From Thermoanaerobaculia bacterium (GTDB taxonomy: Bacteria; Acidobacteriota; Thermoanaerobaculia; Thermoanaerobaculales; Sulfomarinibacteraceae): a stretch of 64,000 bases of DNA. Under the pieces are notes generated by a model, which ran no database searches, was not told where the DNA came from, and saw only the letters and a list, made by a program, of their open reading frames with translations. Shown here piece after piece: positions 1 through 8,839 of the stretch (positions within the stretch are counted from its first letter, which is position 1; every line of letters starts with the position of its first letter). The translations under genes were made by a program, and so were the position numbers. Where the stretch lies: contig JAMOWA010000040.1 of NCBI GenBank assembly GCA_027061805.1, positions 50,974-114,973 of the forward strand. Direction: 5' to 3'.

Positions 1-2198
1 GAAGTGATCTGGACGATTCTCCACTGCCCCGGAGCAAGACCGGGGATTGTCAGGACGGCCTGCTCTTCCGAGTGCGAGAGTTGTGCCCCTCCGAAGGTAA
101 GAAGCTCCGTGATACCGAGGAAGGATCCATCCGTTCGAATCAGAGCCAGCTTGCGAGGGGTGCTCAGTGGACCCTTGGGTCCGCTGGAGCACACCACGGT
201 GCCGCCGGCCGTGGGAAGGACCAGGGCCATCTCTTCGGCGATGTCCTGGCGACCGCACCAGGACACACCCGTGCCGCCGATGATTGCCACGTTTGCCCGT
301 TGGCCTGCCTTCGCTCCCAACGTTGCCGTGAAGCCGCCGCTCGCATCCGTGAGGGCCACCGCGGACTCCAGGCCGCTTCCTCCTGCCACGAGGATGACAT
401 GTGAACTGCGTACCGGTACACCGCGGGTTGTCCGTACGGTTCCCCGGATGTTCAATTCTTCCTTGAGGGTGAGGACCACGTTCTCGATGGACTCACCGTC
501 GGAGACCTCGATCCGCGTGGAATCGGACGAGAGATCTCCCTGGGATGCAGTGACGACCCAGCGGCCGGGAACAAGGCCTTCAAGCGCAAACCACCCATCC
601 TGGCCGCTCGTCGTTCTCGCGCGGAAGACACGGAGCGGTGAAGAGAGGTCCCTGGCGTCGGAGTCGTCCCCCAGGAGTCGGCCCTCCACCTCTGCATGTC
701 TCACAGGCTCGCCGTCTTCACTGACCACTGTTCCTCGGATGGCCGTGTCCGGGATGACGATTTCGATGGCCTCTTCCGGGTCGGAGAATGGAACCTGGGA
801 TACGACTGTATCGAGTTGCGGGTTCTCTGCGAGGACTCTCACATCGTAGAGTCCGGGTTCTTTGAGAATGACGGAAAATTCGCCGTCGGTGCCCGATTGT
901 GCCGCGCTCCGGAGAGGTTCATCATCCTGATGCCCCCGCAGTTCGAGGGACGCGGCCACGGGTTCATCCCGGAACGTGACGGTGCCGCTGAAGAGCGAAC
1001 CCGAGAGATCCAGTACGAACGAACGAACCTCACCGGGGAAGGTATCCAGGGTCAGCTGGTCCACCGTGGCTGCCAGCCCGCTGGGAGTGATGACCGTGGG
1101 TTCCACACGAAGGTGGCCAGGGAGCATCGGTTCGAGGGGAATATCACCACCTGGCGGGATGGAGGCCACGACTGAGAGATCCATCAGAGGGTGGCCGCAG
1201 GCTTCGGGCGTCACGACAATGGCCACTTTTGATTCGGACGGGAGGTTCGAGGCGCCGGTGACGGAGAGCAACAGAGTCACCGGACGCGGGACTTCGAGGT
1301 CTCCGACAACGGTTTCGGCGTCCTCGGAAAGCGTGACCCTGCGGCAACCCACGGAGAAATCCGGTGCCGAGGTCACCAGAAGGTAATCCCCTTCGGGAAG
1401 ACCTGAGAATCGGAACCACCCATCCTGGCCTGTCGATCCGCAGCGGGCGCTTCCAGGCATCCGGTCCTGCGCCAGTTCGACGACCGTAGCCTCGAGGTGG
1501 CGCTCCTCGACCAGGCACACTCTCGCGCCGCCGAGGGGGTACCCATTCCTGCTGTCCACTGCGTGGACGAGCACAGAGGCGCCCCGCGACAAGCTCAGCC
1601 TTGAATGTTCGAAGGGCACTCCAGGCCTGAGCTCCACATTCCAGAGTGTGACCGGAGCGAAGTCCCTCGTGAGCAACGTGAGGTTCCAGCGCCCCTCAGG
1701 GAGCTCGGTGGAGACAATGCCCCTGCGATCAGGGGTGGCGAGGAAGACGAGCTCCCGCGAAGGAGAGGGTGTGGAATGTCCAGGTTTCTCCTGGAGGTGG
1801 AGCTTCACGTTCACCGGTGGGGCAACTCCATCGTCCGGCACCAGGACAAGCTTCACCGGAACCGCCGGCCGGAACACCGCGACCCGGGTCCCTCCGCAGG
1901 GTCCGGAATCCACAGGAATCGGTTCCGAGATCAAACCGCCACACCGGACCACGAAGGTGGTCCCGCTCTGGCAACCATCCTCGATCACGAGGTTGTCACC
2001 GTCGAAATGCACAGCGTGTCGTGGCCTGTTTGGGGATACCGGCCACGATCGTGACTCAGGTGCCGGACACGGGACAGTTTCGTTGGCCGGGGACACAGGA
2101 CGGACGATGAGATCCCGGCCTTCTCCCAGTACAACCGATACCGATACTGTGAGCGCAACCACAAGGACCAATACCTGGCGGGACAGACGCATGGTCAT
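1..2198 (-). CDS. Secreted multi-repeat protein with carboxypeptidase-regulatory-like (prealbumin-fold) beta-sandwich repeats; C-terminus lies beyond the window
   Basis: Own reverse-strand translation. ATG at 2198-2196 gives MTMRLSRQVLVLVVALTVSVSVVLG (signal-peptide-like). The frame stays open to base 1 (at least 732 codons), which explains its absence from the ORF track. Recurring DGxFxhxxLxxGxY strands: TGQDGWFRFSGLPEGDYLL, GQDGWFALEGLVPGRWVV, GTDGEFSVILKEPGLYDV. Confidence 0.75.
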   Translation of the reverse strand, partial: MTMRLSRQVLVLVVALTVSVSVVLGEGRDLIVRPVSPANETVPCPAPESRSWPVSPNRPRHAVHFDGDNLVIEDGCQSGTTFVVRCGGLISEPIPVDSGPCGGTRVAVFRPAVPVKLVLVPDDGVAPPVNVKLHLQEKPGHSTPSPSRELVFLATPDRRGIVSTELPEGRWNLTLLTRDFAPVTLWNVELRPGVPFEHSRLSLSRGASVLVHAVDSRNGYPLGGARVCLVEERHLEATVVELAQDRMPGSARCGSTGQDGWFRFSGLPEGDYLLVTSAPDFSVGCRRVTLSEDAETVVGDLEVPRPVTLLLSVTGASNLPSESKVAIVVTPEACGHPLMDLSVVASIPPGGDIPLEPMLPGHLRVEPTVITPSGLAATVDQLTLDTFPGEVRSFVLDLSGSLFSGTVTFRDEPVAASLELRGHQDDEPLRSAAQSGTDGEFSVILKEPGLYDVRVLAENPQLDTVVSQVPFSDPEEAIEIVIPDTAIRGTVVSEDGEPVRHAEVEGRLLGDDSDARDLSSPLRVFRARTTSGQDGWFALEGLVPGRWVVTASQGDLSSDSTRIEVSDGESIENVVLTLKEELNIRGTVRTTRGVPVRSSHVILVAGGSGLESAVALTDASGGFTATLGAKAGQRANVAIIGGTGVSWCGRQDIAEEMALVLPTAGGTVVCSSGPKGPLSTPRKLALIRTDGSFLGITELLTFGGAQLSHSEEQAVLTIPGLAPGQWRIVQIT

Positions 2199-2310
2199 CG
2201 TCTCGAAGATTCCCTGTTCACCGGTTGTTGGAATCACCGGATTGATCTGTGAGAACAGCCAGAAGCTGGTCATTCTCGTAGAGGGTGGAATGCCAGAGTC
2301 TGCGGTGGGC

Positions 2311-2859
2311 CTACTCGGGCGTGGCCGGGGCCTCGGCGGCCTGTTCCGGTTCGCCGGACTCCACGAGCCCCAGCTTCTGGAGCTCGGCCTCGGGTACCCT
2401 GGTCCAGGTGGCGTTGCGGCCGAGCATGGAGAAGCCGATGAAGCCGCGCACCTTGAGGGTGTCCGGGCCCTCGAGCCACATCTTGCACTTGTAGGTCTTG
2501 CCGTTGCCGGGATCGTAGATGGTTCCGTTCTTCCACTGCTCCTTCCTGGCGTCGAAGGTGAAACCTTCCAGGAGCCTGAGTCCGAGGAGGGGGCGCTCCC
2601 GGAGCTCGGGATCGGGGTTGTCGAGGTCCACCTTGGGTTTCCCCGGGCGCTCCTCGTCCGGTCCGTAGATGGGCTTCTCCAGCCAGACGATGGTTCCGTC
2701 GAAGCGGCCGCCGTTGTCCACGATCCTGATGATGGCGGCTCCGTCGGGGTCGGGCTCGGTCTTCCAGTACCCGACCACGGCGTCGGCGCCGGGGCTTCCG
2801 GCGAGGGCGGTCGTGGCGGCAAACACGATGACGATGGCGGTGATGGCGAGCTTCTTCAT
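2311..2859 (-). CDS. DUF2147-family periplasmic protein
   Basis: Signal peptide MKKLAITAIVIVFAATTALA. GYWKT..DGTIVW..NGTIYDPGNGKTYKCKMW..LKVRGFIGFSMLGRNATWTRV matches the DUF2147 signature as I remember it. GGAAGGAGAGG lies upstream of the ATG. Confidence 0.8.
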   Translation of the reverse strand: MKKLAITAIVIVFAATTALAGSPGADAVVGYWKTEPDPDGAAIIRIVDNGGRFDGTIVWLEKPIYGPDEERPGKPKVDLDNPDPELRERPLLGLRLLEGFTFDARKEQWKNGTIYDPGNGKTYKCKMWLEGPDTLKVRGFIGFSMLGRNATWTRVPEAELQKLGLVESGEPEQAAEAPATPE

Positions 2860-3096
2860 GGGTCCTCTCCTTCCGGTGTTCCGGCCGAGTATAGCTCGGC
2901 TACCGTGCGCCCTCCCAGTGGAGCACGTCGTGCAGGATGGACCACCGCGGTGCGATCTTCCCGCGTCCCACGTTGATGCCCGCGAAGAGGCCGATCAGGA
3001 TCTTCCGGGAGGACCGGGGGGAGCGCCGGCGAGGGCGGGGAGACTGGCATTCTCGGGGCCCGGTGTGCCGGGCATGGAGCCGCCGCGGCCCACGGC

Positions 3097-3990
3097 TCAC
3101 GCCTCTGGGCGGACCGTGAGCACGGGGACGGCGGACCGCCGGATGACGCCGTCTGCCACGGAGCCCAGGAGAAGGTGCTCCAGCGGTGAGAGTCCCCGGG
3201 AGGCCAGGATCACGAGGTCGTGTCCACCCTGGTCCGCCTCCTCGAGGATGATCTCGGGGGCCCGTCCCACGGCCACGCGGACCGAGGTCTCGACGTTCGC
3301 CAGGTGCTCCGCGGCGATCCGCTCGAGGGCCTGTGCCGAGCGTTCCCGGATCCTGTCCATGACGTCCTCGGGCATGAGGTCCACGGCGTAGAACTCGGGG
3401 TAGACCACGGGCTCCACCACGTGAAGGAGCGTCACGGAGGCGTGGAGGACCCGGGCCCACGCCGCGGCGGTGGTCACCGCCGCCATGGAGGTCTCGGAGA
3501 AATCCAGTGGCACCAGGATCCGCTCGGGGGAGGCCGGTTCCGCGGTGCTGTCCGTCCGGACCGTCAGGACGGGGATCGGAGAGGTCCGGACCACCTCCTC
3601 GGCGACGGATCCCATGAGGAGGTGCTTGAGGCCCCGCCTGCCGTGCGTTCCCATCACCACGAGATCGCAACCGAGATCGCCCGCGGCCTCCACGATGCTC
3701 TCGGCCGGGGCGATCCCGCGCACCAGGTGGGGGTGGACCACCACGTCCGTCACGGTGTCCCGGGTCCGGCCCAGGAGCTCCCGCGTTCGCTGGTCGCTGC
3801 GATTCATGAGCCGTTCGAGCTCGGCCTGGAGCTCCTCCTCCTGGTCGGGGTCGTCCAGGAGGATGCGGACGTGGAGCAGGTGGACCTCGGCGCCGAACGC
3901 CACGGCGAGCCGTCGGGCCAGGTCGAGGGCGACTCCGGCGGTGGGCGAGAAGTCCGTCGGAACCAGGATGCGGCGGGGTGGTGTGGCCAT
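3097..3990 (-). CDS. Tandem universal stress protein (two UspA domains)
   Basis: Two USP repeats: ILVPTDFS...VVMGTHGRRGLKHLLMGSVAEEVVRTSPIPVLTV and ILVPLDFS...LVILASRGLSPLEHLLLGSVADGVIRRSAVPVLTV. Start moved from ORF-track 4335 to ATG 3990, which has GGAGG 6 nt upstream. Confidence 0.85.
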   Translation of the reverse strand: MATPPRRILVPTDFSPTAGVALDLARRLAVAFGAEVHLLHVRILLDDPDQEEELQAELERLMNRSDQRTRELLGRTRDTVTDVVVHPHLVRGIAPAESIVEAAGDLGCDLVVMGTHGRRGLKHLLMGSVAEEVVRTSPIPVLTVRTDSTAEPASPERILVPLDFSETSMAAVTTAAAWARVLHASVTLLHVVEPVVYPEFYAVDLMPEDVMDRIRERSAQALERIAAEHLANVETSVRVAVGRAPEIILEEADQGGHDLVILASRGLSPLEHLLLGSVADGVIRRSAVPVLTVRPEA

Positions 3991-4174
3991 CGGGAACCTC
4001 CGGGTCCAGTATAGCCCCGGCATGGGAGAAGGGGGGGCGGGGATCGTGGTATGATCCGGTATCACGCGAACGAACTCGGGGTACGAGACCGATGGATGTC
4101 CGGCGTGGAGGCCGGTGCCCCTGTGACGGCCTTCCGTCTTCTCGCAGGTCTCGCGTGATGGGAGGTGAGTGCCC

Positions 4175-4615
4175 ATGAACGATCGGCGGAGGAGTGAGCG
4201 CATTTCCGTGGGACGGGAGATCGTGGGCCGGGTCAGGGCCACGGTTCCCGCCCGGGTTGTGGACATCTCCCGGCATGGGGTGCAGGTTGAGATCCCGGCG
4301 GCACTCCGGCCCTCGGTGGCGTGCGACATCTGCATCCAGGCGCCGGATGGCGAGCTCAGGGTCAGGGCGAGGGTCCAGCGGTGCCGTGCCAGGGCACTCG
4401 CTCCATCGGAAGGCGGCGAGACGCTCCTCGTCTACCGGGCGGGCATGGAGTTCATCGGGTTGGACGACGAGACGTGGCGGCAGTTCGAGAAGCTCCTGGG
4501 TTCTCCGAGGTCCTCCCGCGAGGGCGGGGAGGGTTCCTCCGGTGGCGGCACGCGCCGGAAGGGGCCGGTCCGGATCAAGGTCGACCCGGAGTTCATCCGC
4601 AAGCGCCTGGAGTAG
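4175..4615 (+). CDS. PilZ-domain c-di-GMP receptor
   Basis: RRRSER (RxxxR) and DISRHGVQV (D/NxSxxG) motifs are present. ATG 4175 lies 9 nt after GGAGG, whereas ORF-track GTG 4169 is too close to it. Confidence 0.8.
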   Translation: MNDRRRSERISVGREIVGRVRATVPARVVDISRHGVQVEIPAALRPSVACDICIQAPDGELRVRARVQRCRARALAPSEGGETLLVYRAGMEFIGLDDETWRQFEKLLGSPRSSREGGEGSSGGGTRRKGPVRIKVDPEFIRKRLE

Positions 4616-4696
4616 GCTATTATTGAACCCGGAGAGGGTTCCCGCTGCGGGCCGTCTCCATATCGTGAACATCGCGGAGAGCGGAGGGAGCAGACC

Positions 4697-4900
4697 ATGA
4701 GTATCGTGAAAGTCATCGAGGTGATCGCATCATCGAAGGTCGGGTGGGACGACGCCGCCAGGCAGGCCGTGAAGGAAGCCTCGAAGACGGTCAAGAACAT
4801 CAAGCATTTCTACGCCGAGAACATGACGGCCGTGGTGGAGGGCGACGACATCGTCGAGTACCGCATCAACGGCAAGATCTCCTTCGTCGTCGAGGACTGA
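4697..4900 (+). CDS. Dodecin-family flavin-binding protein
   Basis: The 67-aa product MSIVKVIEVIASSKVGWDDAARQAVKEASKTVKNIKHFYAENMTAVVEGDDIVEYRINGKISFVVED has typical dodecin length and pattern. GGAGGGAG RBS upstream. Confidence 0.8.
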   Translation: MSIVKVIEVIASSKVGWDDAARQAVKEASKTVKNIKHFYAENMTAVVEGDDIVEYRINGKISFVVED

Positions 4901-4981
4901 GCCCCGTCCTGTGGGGCCTTCGGCGAGGTGTTCGGGTGGGGCCCTGAAGACCGGTGCTGTGGTGTACCGCGCGCCCGAGAC

Positions 4982-4999
4982 TGTTACGGGTGCGTAACT
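4982..4999 (+). promoter_or_regulatory. Distal activator-type site TGTTAC-N6-GTAACT
   Basis: Read directly as tgttac gggtgc gtaact. Its centre lies 93 bp upstream of the proximal palindrome. Confidence 0.5.
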
Positions 5000-5073
5000 T
5001 GTTTTGCCTATCTGGCCGGGACTCAGGACTTTCCATGCTCTCGATGGAGGCCCCTCTCCTCCATCCCTGCCTG

Positions 5074-5093
5074 ATGTTACTGATCAGTAACAT
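5074..5093 (+). promoter_or_regulatory. Perfect 20-bp palindrome ATGTTACTGATCAGTAACAT (candidate bEBP upstream activating sequence)
   Basis: Perfect reverse-complement symmetry checked by hand. The core is TGTTAC-N6-GTAACA, centred about 96 bp upstream of the -24 GG at 5179-5180. Confidence 0.65.
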
Positions 5094-5177
5094 TCCAGGC
5101 CGCTGGCGAACGCCGGCTCTCGTTCCATAAATCAAGGACATTCAGTGGCTTGAGGCTTCCCGATACGCCTGTTTCCG

Positions 5178-5193
5178 TGGCATGGGCGTTGCA
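5178..5193 (+). promoter_or_regulatory. Sigma-54 (-24/-12) promoter of the dsr unit
   Basis: TGGCAT-GGGCG-TTGCA has the canonical GG-N10-GC spacing and matches the TGGCAC-N5-TTGCW consensus. Confidence 0.65.
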
Positions 5194-5206
5194 CGGTGGC
5201 GTCGTG

Positions 5207-5797
5207 ATGGCGACGGCACCGCGGTCTCCGACGTTTGGCGGGCTTCTCGGGAAGCACCGGGCCGCCCTTCTGGCCTGCTGGAGGGAGGCGGCCTTGGAGG
5301 TCTACCCCGACGAGACGCGCCGGTTCCTCCTGCGGGAGAAGGACCGCTTCCAGAACCCCGTGGGTGCCGTCCTCGCGAGCACGCTGGAGGATCTCCTGGA
5401 CGGGCTCCTCGATGGCGCGCCCGGCGGGGAGCTCGCGGCGAGGTGCGACGGCCTGATCCGGGTCCGGGCGGTCCAGGACCTGGGCGCGGCCCGTTCTGTC
5501 GGCTTCGTCTTCGCCCTGCGGGAGGCTGCGCGGAGTCTCCTGGCCCACGAGGACGACGGTGCGGCGGTCCTCCTGGAGCTCCAGGAGCTGGACCGCCGCC
5601 TGGATCGCCTCGCACTGGTGCTCTTCGAGCGCTACGTGGCCTGTCGCGACGAGATGGCCGGAATCCGTGTGCGGGAGGGGCAGCGTCGGGTGGCGGTGCT
5701 CCTGAGACGGCTGGAACGGCTGGAGTCCGGAGGGGCGGAGACCCCCCCTCCGGTGGGGAGTCCTGAGCTTCGAGACAAGGGAGGTTGCAACCCATGA
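5207..5797 (+). CDS. RsbRD_N-like helical domain protein, first gene of the dsr unit
   Basis: WREAALEVYPDETRRFLLREKDRFQNPVG resembles the RsbRD N-terminal domain family (DRFxNPVG) as I recall it. ATG 5207 is the only in-frame ATG downstream of the sigma-54 promoter (GTG 5204 also in frame). The stop overlaps the dsrM ATG (ATGA). Confidence 0.55.
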   Translation: MATAPRSPTFGGLLGKHRAALLACWREAALEVYPDETRRFLLREKDRFQNPVGAVLASTLEDLLDGLLDGAPGGELAARCDGLIRVRAVQDLGAARSVGFVFALREAARSLLAHEDDGAAVLLELQELDRRLDRLALVLFERYVACRDEMAGIRVREGQRRVAVLLRRLERLESGGAETPPPVGSPELRDKGGCNP

Positions 5798-6786
5798 GAG
5801 CCTGGTCGGCGTTGGCAATCGTGGTGGTGCTGCTGGGGGTGGCGTGGGTCGCCTCCGGGACGGGAGGGGGGCAGGCCGTCATCGGGACCGTGATCCCGTA
5901 CCTCGCGGTGGCCCTGTTCCTCGCAGGGATGGTGGCCCGGGTGATCGGATGGGCCCGCTCGCCCGTCCCGTTCCGGATCACAACCACCTGCGGACAGCAG
6001 CGGTCGCTGCCGTGGATCCCCTCGGCGACCCTGGACAACCCCCACACAGGCTGGGGGGCTGTCCGCAGGATGGTGCTGGAGGTGCTGCTGTTCCGGTCGC
6101 TCTTCCGGAACACCCGCAGCGAGCTCAGGCCCACCGAGAGGCTGGTGTACGAGTCGGACAAGGTTCTCTGGGTGGCGGCCCTGGCCTTCCACTGGAGCTT
6201 CCTGGTGATCCTGCTCCGGCACCTGAGGTTCTTCCTGGAGCCGATTCCCCGCCTGGTCCCGCTGCTGGAGACCGTCGATGGCTTCTTCCAGCTGACGGTT
6301 CCCACCCTCTTCCTCACGGATGCCCTCATCGTGGCGGCGCTCCTCTATCTCCTGGGCCGGAGGGTCCTCAACGTCCAGCTGCGCTACCTCTCGCTCGCCG
6401 CCGACTACTTTCCCCTCTTCGTCCTGCTGACCATCGCCACCACGGGGATCCTCATGCGGTACGTCACGAAGGTGGACCTGGTGGGTGCCAAGGAGCTGGC
6501 CATGGGGCTGGTGACCTTCCACCCGGTGGTCCCCCAGGGGATCGGGACCCTCTTCTTCGTGCACCTGTTCTTCGTGAGCGTGCTGTTCGCCTACTTTCCT
6601 TTCTCCAAGCTGGTCCACATGGGGGGCGTCTTCCTGAGCCCCACGCGGAACCTGGCCAACAACAACCGCGCCCGGCGCCACGTCAGCCCCTGGAACCCCG
6701 AGGTGAAGGTCCACACCTACGAGCAGTGGGAAGAGGAGTTCCGGGACAAGCTGGTGGCGGCCGGAATCCCCCTGGACAAGGAGTGA
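5794..6786 (+). CDS. dsrM: DsrM, NarI-like dihaem b membrane subunit
   Basis: Polytopic membrane protein of DsrM size sitting first in an M-K-J-O-P gene order. AAGGGAGG lies 9 nt before ATG 5794, so the ORF-track TTG 5785 is less likely. Confidence 0.85.
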   Translation: MRAWSALAIVVVLLGVAWVASGTGGGQAVIGTVIPYLAVALFLAGMVARVIGWARSPVPFRITTTCGQQRSLPWIPSATLDNPHTGWGAVRRMVLEVLLFRSLFRNTRSELRPTERLVYESDKVLWVAALAFHWSFLVILLRHLRFFLEPIPRLVPLLETVDGFFQLTVPTLFLTDALIVAALLYLLGRRVLNVQLRYLSLAADYFPLFVLLTIATTGILMRYVTKVDLVGAKELAMGLVTFHPVVPQGIGTLFFVHLFFVSVLFAYFPFSKLVHMGGVFLSPTRNLANNNRARRHVSPWNPEVKVHTYEQWEEEFRDKLVAAGIPLDKE

Positions 6787-6789
6787 GCG

Positions 6790-8433
6790 ATGGCGGAGAA
6801 GAGCCCGCAGGAACTGCTGCAGATCGACTACCGCCCGCCCCGGCGGGACTGGATGGACCCCTCCATCGACTTCGAGGCCCGCCGGGGAACCTGGTCGTAC
6901 CCCGCCGCTCCGAAGAACCTGGAGTACCTGGGGTTCCCCAACCCGCGGGAGTGGTCGCCCACGGACGAGGACTGGAAGCTGCCCGACAACTGGCAGGAGA
7001 TCATCCACCAGGGGCTGAAGGACCGGCTGGAGAGGTTCCGCTCCCTGAAGGTGTTCATGGACATCTGCGTCCGGTGCGGGGCGTGCGCCGACAAGTGCCA
7101 CTTCTTCATCGGTTCGGGTGATCCCAAGAACATGCCGGTGCTCCGGGCGGAGCTGCTGCGCTCCATCTACCGCAGGGACTTTACCACCACGGGGAAGATC
7201 CTGGGACGGCTGGCCGGGGGGAGGGAGCTCACGGCCGAGGTCCTCAAGGAGTGGTACTACTACTTCTACCAGTGCACCGAGTGCCGCCGCTGCTCGGTGT
7301 TCTGCCCCTACGGGATCGACACGGCGGAGATCACCATGATCGCCCGGGAGCTCCTCAACCTGGTGGGGCTCAACATCAACTGGGTGATGGAGCCGGTGGC
7401 CAACTGCGACCGCACGGGGAACCACCTGGGCATCCAGCCCCACACGTTCAAGGACAACATCGAGTTCCTCTGCGACGAGCTGGCCGACATCACCGGGATC
7501 AAGATCAGCCCCTCCATCAACCGCAAGGGCGCCGAGGTCCTGTTCATCGTGCCCTCGGCCGACTACTTCGCGGACCCCGGCATCTTCACCTTCATGGGGT
7601 ACCTCCTGCTCTTCGAGCACATCGGCCTGGACTACACCCTGAGCGCCTACGCCTCGGAAGGCGGCAACTTCGGGCTCTTCACCTCCCACGAGACCATCAA
7701 GCGGCTCAACTACAAGATGTACGCCGAGGCGAAGAGGCTGGGGGTCAGGTGGATCCTGGGCGGGGAGTGCGGCCACATGTGGCGGGTTGTCCACCAGTAC
7801 ATGGACACGCTCAACGGGCCGGCGGACTTCCTCGAGGTGCCCCGGTCGCCCGTCACCGGGACCGTGTTCGAGAACGCCGCCTCCACGAAGATGACCCACA
7901 TCTGCGAGTTCACGGCCGACCTCATCGCCAACGGCAAGCTCAGGCTCGATCCCTCGCGCAACGACCACCGCCGGGTGACCTTCCACGATTCCTGCAATCC
8001 CGCCCGGGCGATGGGGATCCTGGAGGAGCCCCGCCACATCCTCAGGACGGTGTGCAACAACTTCTTCGAGATGCCGGACAACACCATCCGCGAGCAGACA
8101 TTCTGCTGCGGTGGCGGGGCGGGGCTGGGCAACGACGAGAACATGGAGATGCGGCTGCGGGGAGGCCTTCCCCGGGCCAACGCCGTGAAGTTCGTCCACG
8201 AACGGCATGGCGTGAACCTGCTGACCTGCATCTGTGCCATCGACAGGGCCACCCTGCCCCCGCTCGTGGAGTACTGGGTCCCCGGCGTGGAGGTCTCCGG
8301 GGTCCACGAGCTGGTGGGCAACGCCCTGGTGATGGATGGGGAGACCCGCCGGACCACGGACCTGAGGGGTGAGCCGCTCGAGGGGGTTGCGGATGAACCC
8401 TCTCCGGAGGCGGAGGAGGCGAGCCATGTATGA
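6790..8433 (+). CDS. dsrK: DsrK, HdrD-like CCG-domain Fe-S catalytic subunit
   Basis: Ferredoxin-type motifs CVRCGACADKC and CTECRRCSVFCP are present, plus a C-terminal CCG signature FCCGGGAG. Length is about 547 aa. Confidence 0.9.
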   Translation: MAEKSPQELLQIDYRPPRRDWMDPSIDFEARRGTWSYPAAPKNLEYLGFPNPREWSPTDEDWKLPDNWQEIIHQGLKDRLERFRSLKVFMDICVRCGACADKCHFFIGSGDPKNMPVLRAELLRSIYRRDFTTTGKILGRLAGGRELTAEVLKEWYYYFYQCTECRRCSVFCPYGIDTAEITMIARELLNLVGLNINWVMEPVANCDRTGNHLGIQPHTFKDNIEFLCDELADITGIKISPSINRKGAEVLFIVPSADYFADPGIFTFMGYLLLFEHIGLDYTLSAYASEGGNFGLFTSHETIKRLNYKMYAEAKRLGVRWILGGECGHMWRVVHQYMDTLNGPADFLEVPRSPVTGTVFENAASTKMTHICEFTADLIANGKLRLDPSRNDHRRVTFHDSCNPARAMGILEEPRHILRTVCNNFFEMPDNTIREQTFCCGGGAGLGNDENMEMRLRGGLPRANAVKFVHERHGVNLLTCICAIDRATLPPLVEYWVPGVEVSGVHELVGNALVMDGETRRTTDLRGEPLEGVADEPSPEAEEASHV

Positions 8434-8839
8434 CGGAGGGAAGATCGTCGCCGGCCTCGTGGTGTTCCTCGTCCTGGTGACGGTGCCCGTCTGGCTGAAC
8501 GCCCTGGCGGGCGGGACGCCCCGGGCACCGGAGCTCGAGCTGCCCCGCGACGAGAGCCGGTGCGTGGAGCCCGCTGCGGTGATGCGGGCCACCCACATGG
8601 AGCTGCTCGACACCTGGCGGGACAGCGTGGTGCGTTCCGACGATCGCTTCTTCACCCTCGAGGACGGCCGGAGGGTGGAACGCAGCCTGAGCCGGACCTG
8701 CCTGGGGTGCCACGACAGGAAGGATGCCTTTTGCGACCGCTGCCACGACTACCTGGCGGTCTCGCCCTACTGCTGGGATTGCCACGTGATCCCCGAGGGC
8801 GGGACGGCCCTGGCGGCGGCGGGAGGGGGTGTGCGATGA
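8426..8839 (+). CDS. dsrJ: DsrJ, trihaem periplasmic cytochrome c
   Basis: N-terminal anchor KIVAGLVVFLVLVTVPVWL and three CxxCH motifs (CLGCH, CDRCH, CWDCH). ATG 8426 overlaps the dsrK end by 8 nt. Confidence 0.85.
   Translation: MYDGGKIVAGLVVFLVLVTVPVWLNALAGGTPRAPELELPRDESRCVEPAAVMRATHMELLDTWRDSVVRSDDRFFTLEDGRRVERSLSRTCLGCHDRKDAFCDRCHDYLAVSPYCWDCHVIPEGGTALAAAGGGVR

Noticed and set aside
1648-2976. 442-aa plus-strand ORF spanning the start of the repeat protein and the whole DUF2147 gene
   Set aside because: It has no motifs and its composition is typical of an off-frame read. It is contradicted by two well-supported minus-strand genes.
2900-4672. 590-aa minus-strand ORF covering the USP and PilZ loci
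   Set aside because: It is Pro/Arg/Gly low complexity in a different frame from the recognisable tandem-USP gene and antisense to the PilZ gene.
5632-8655. 1007-aa ORF antisense to dsrM/dsrK, together with equivalent giants at 9338-12679, 33457-36435, 44816-47539, 52311-55055 and 57016-60615
   Set aside because: The translations are Arg/Pro/Gly/His-rich low complexity. They lie exactly opposite genes with strong family motifs. Stop-poor antisense frames are expected in very GC-rich DNA.
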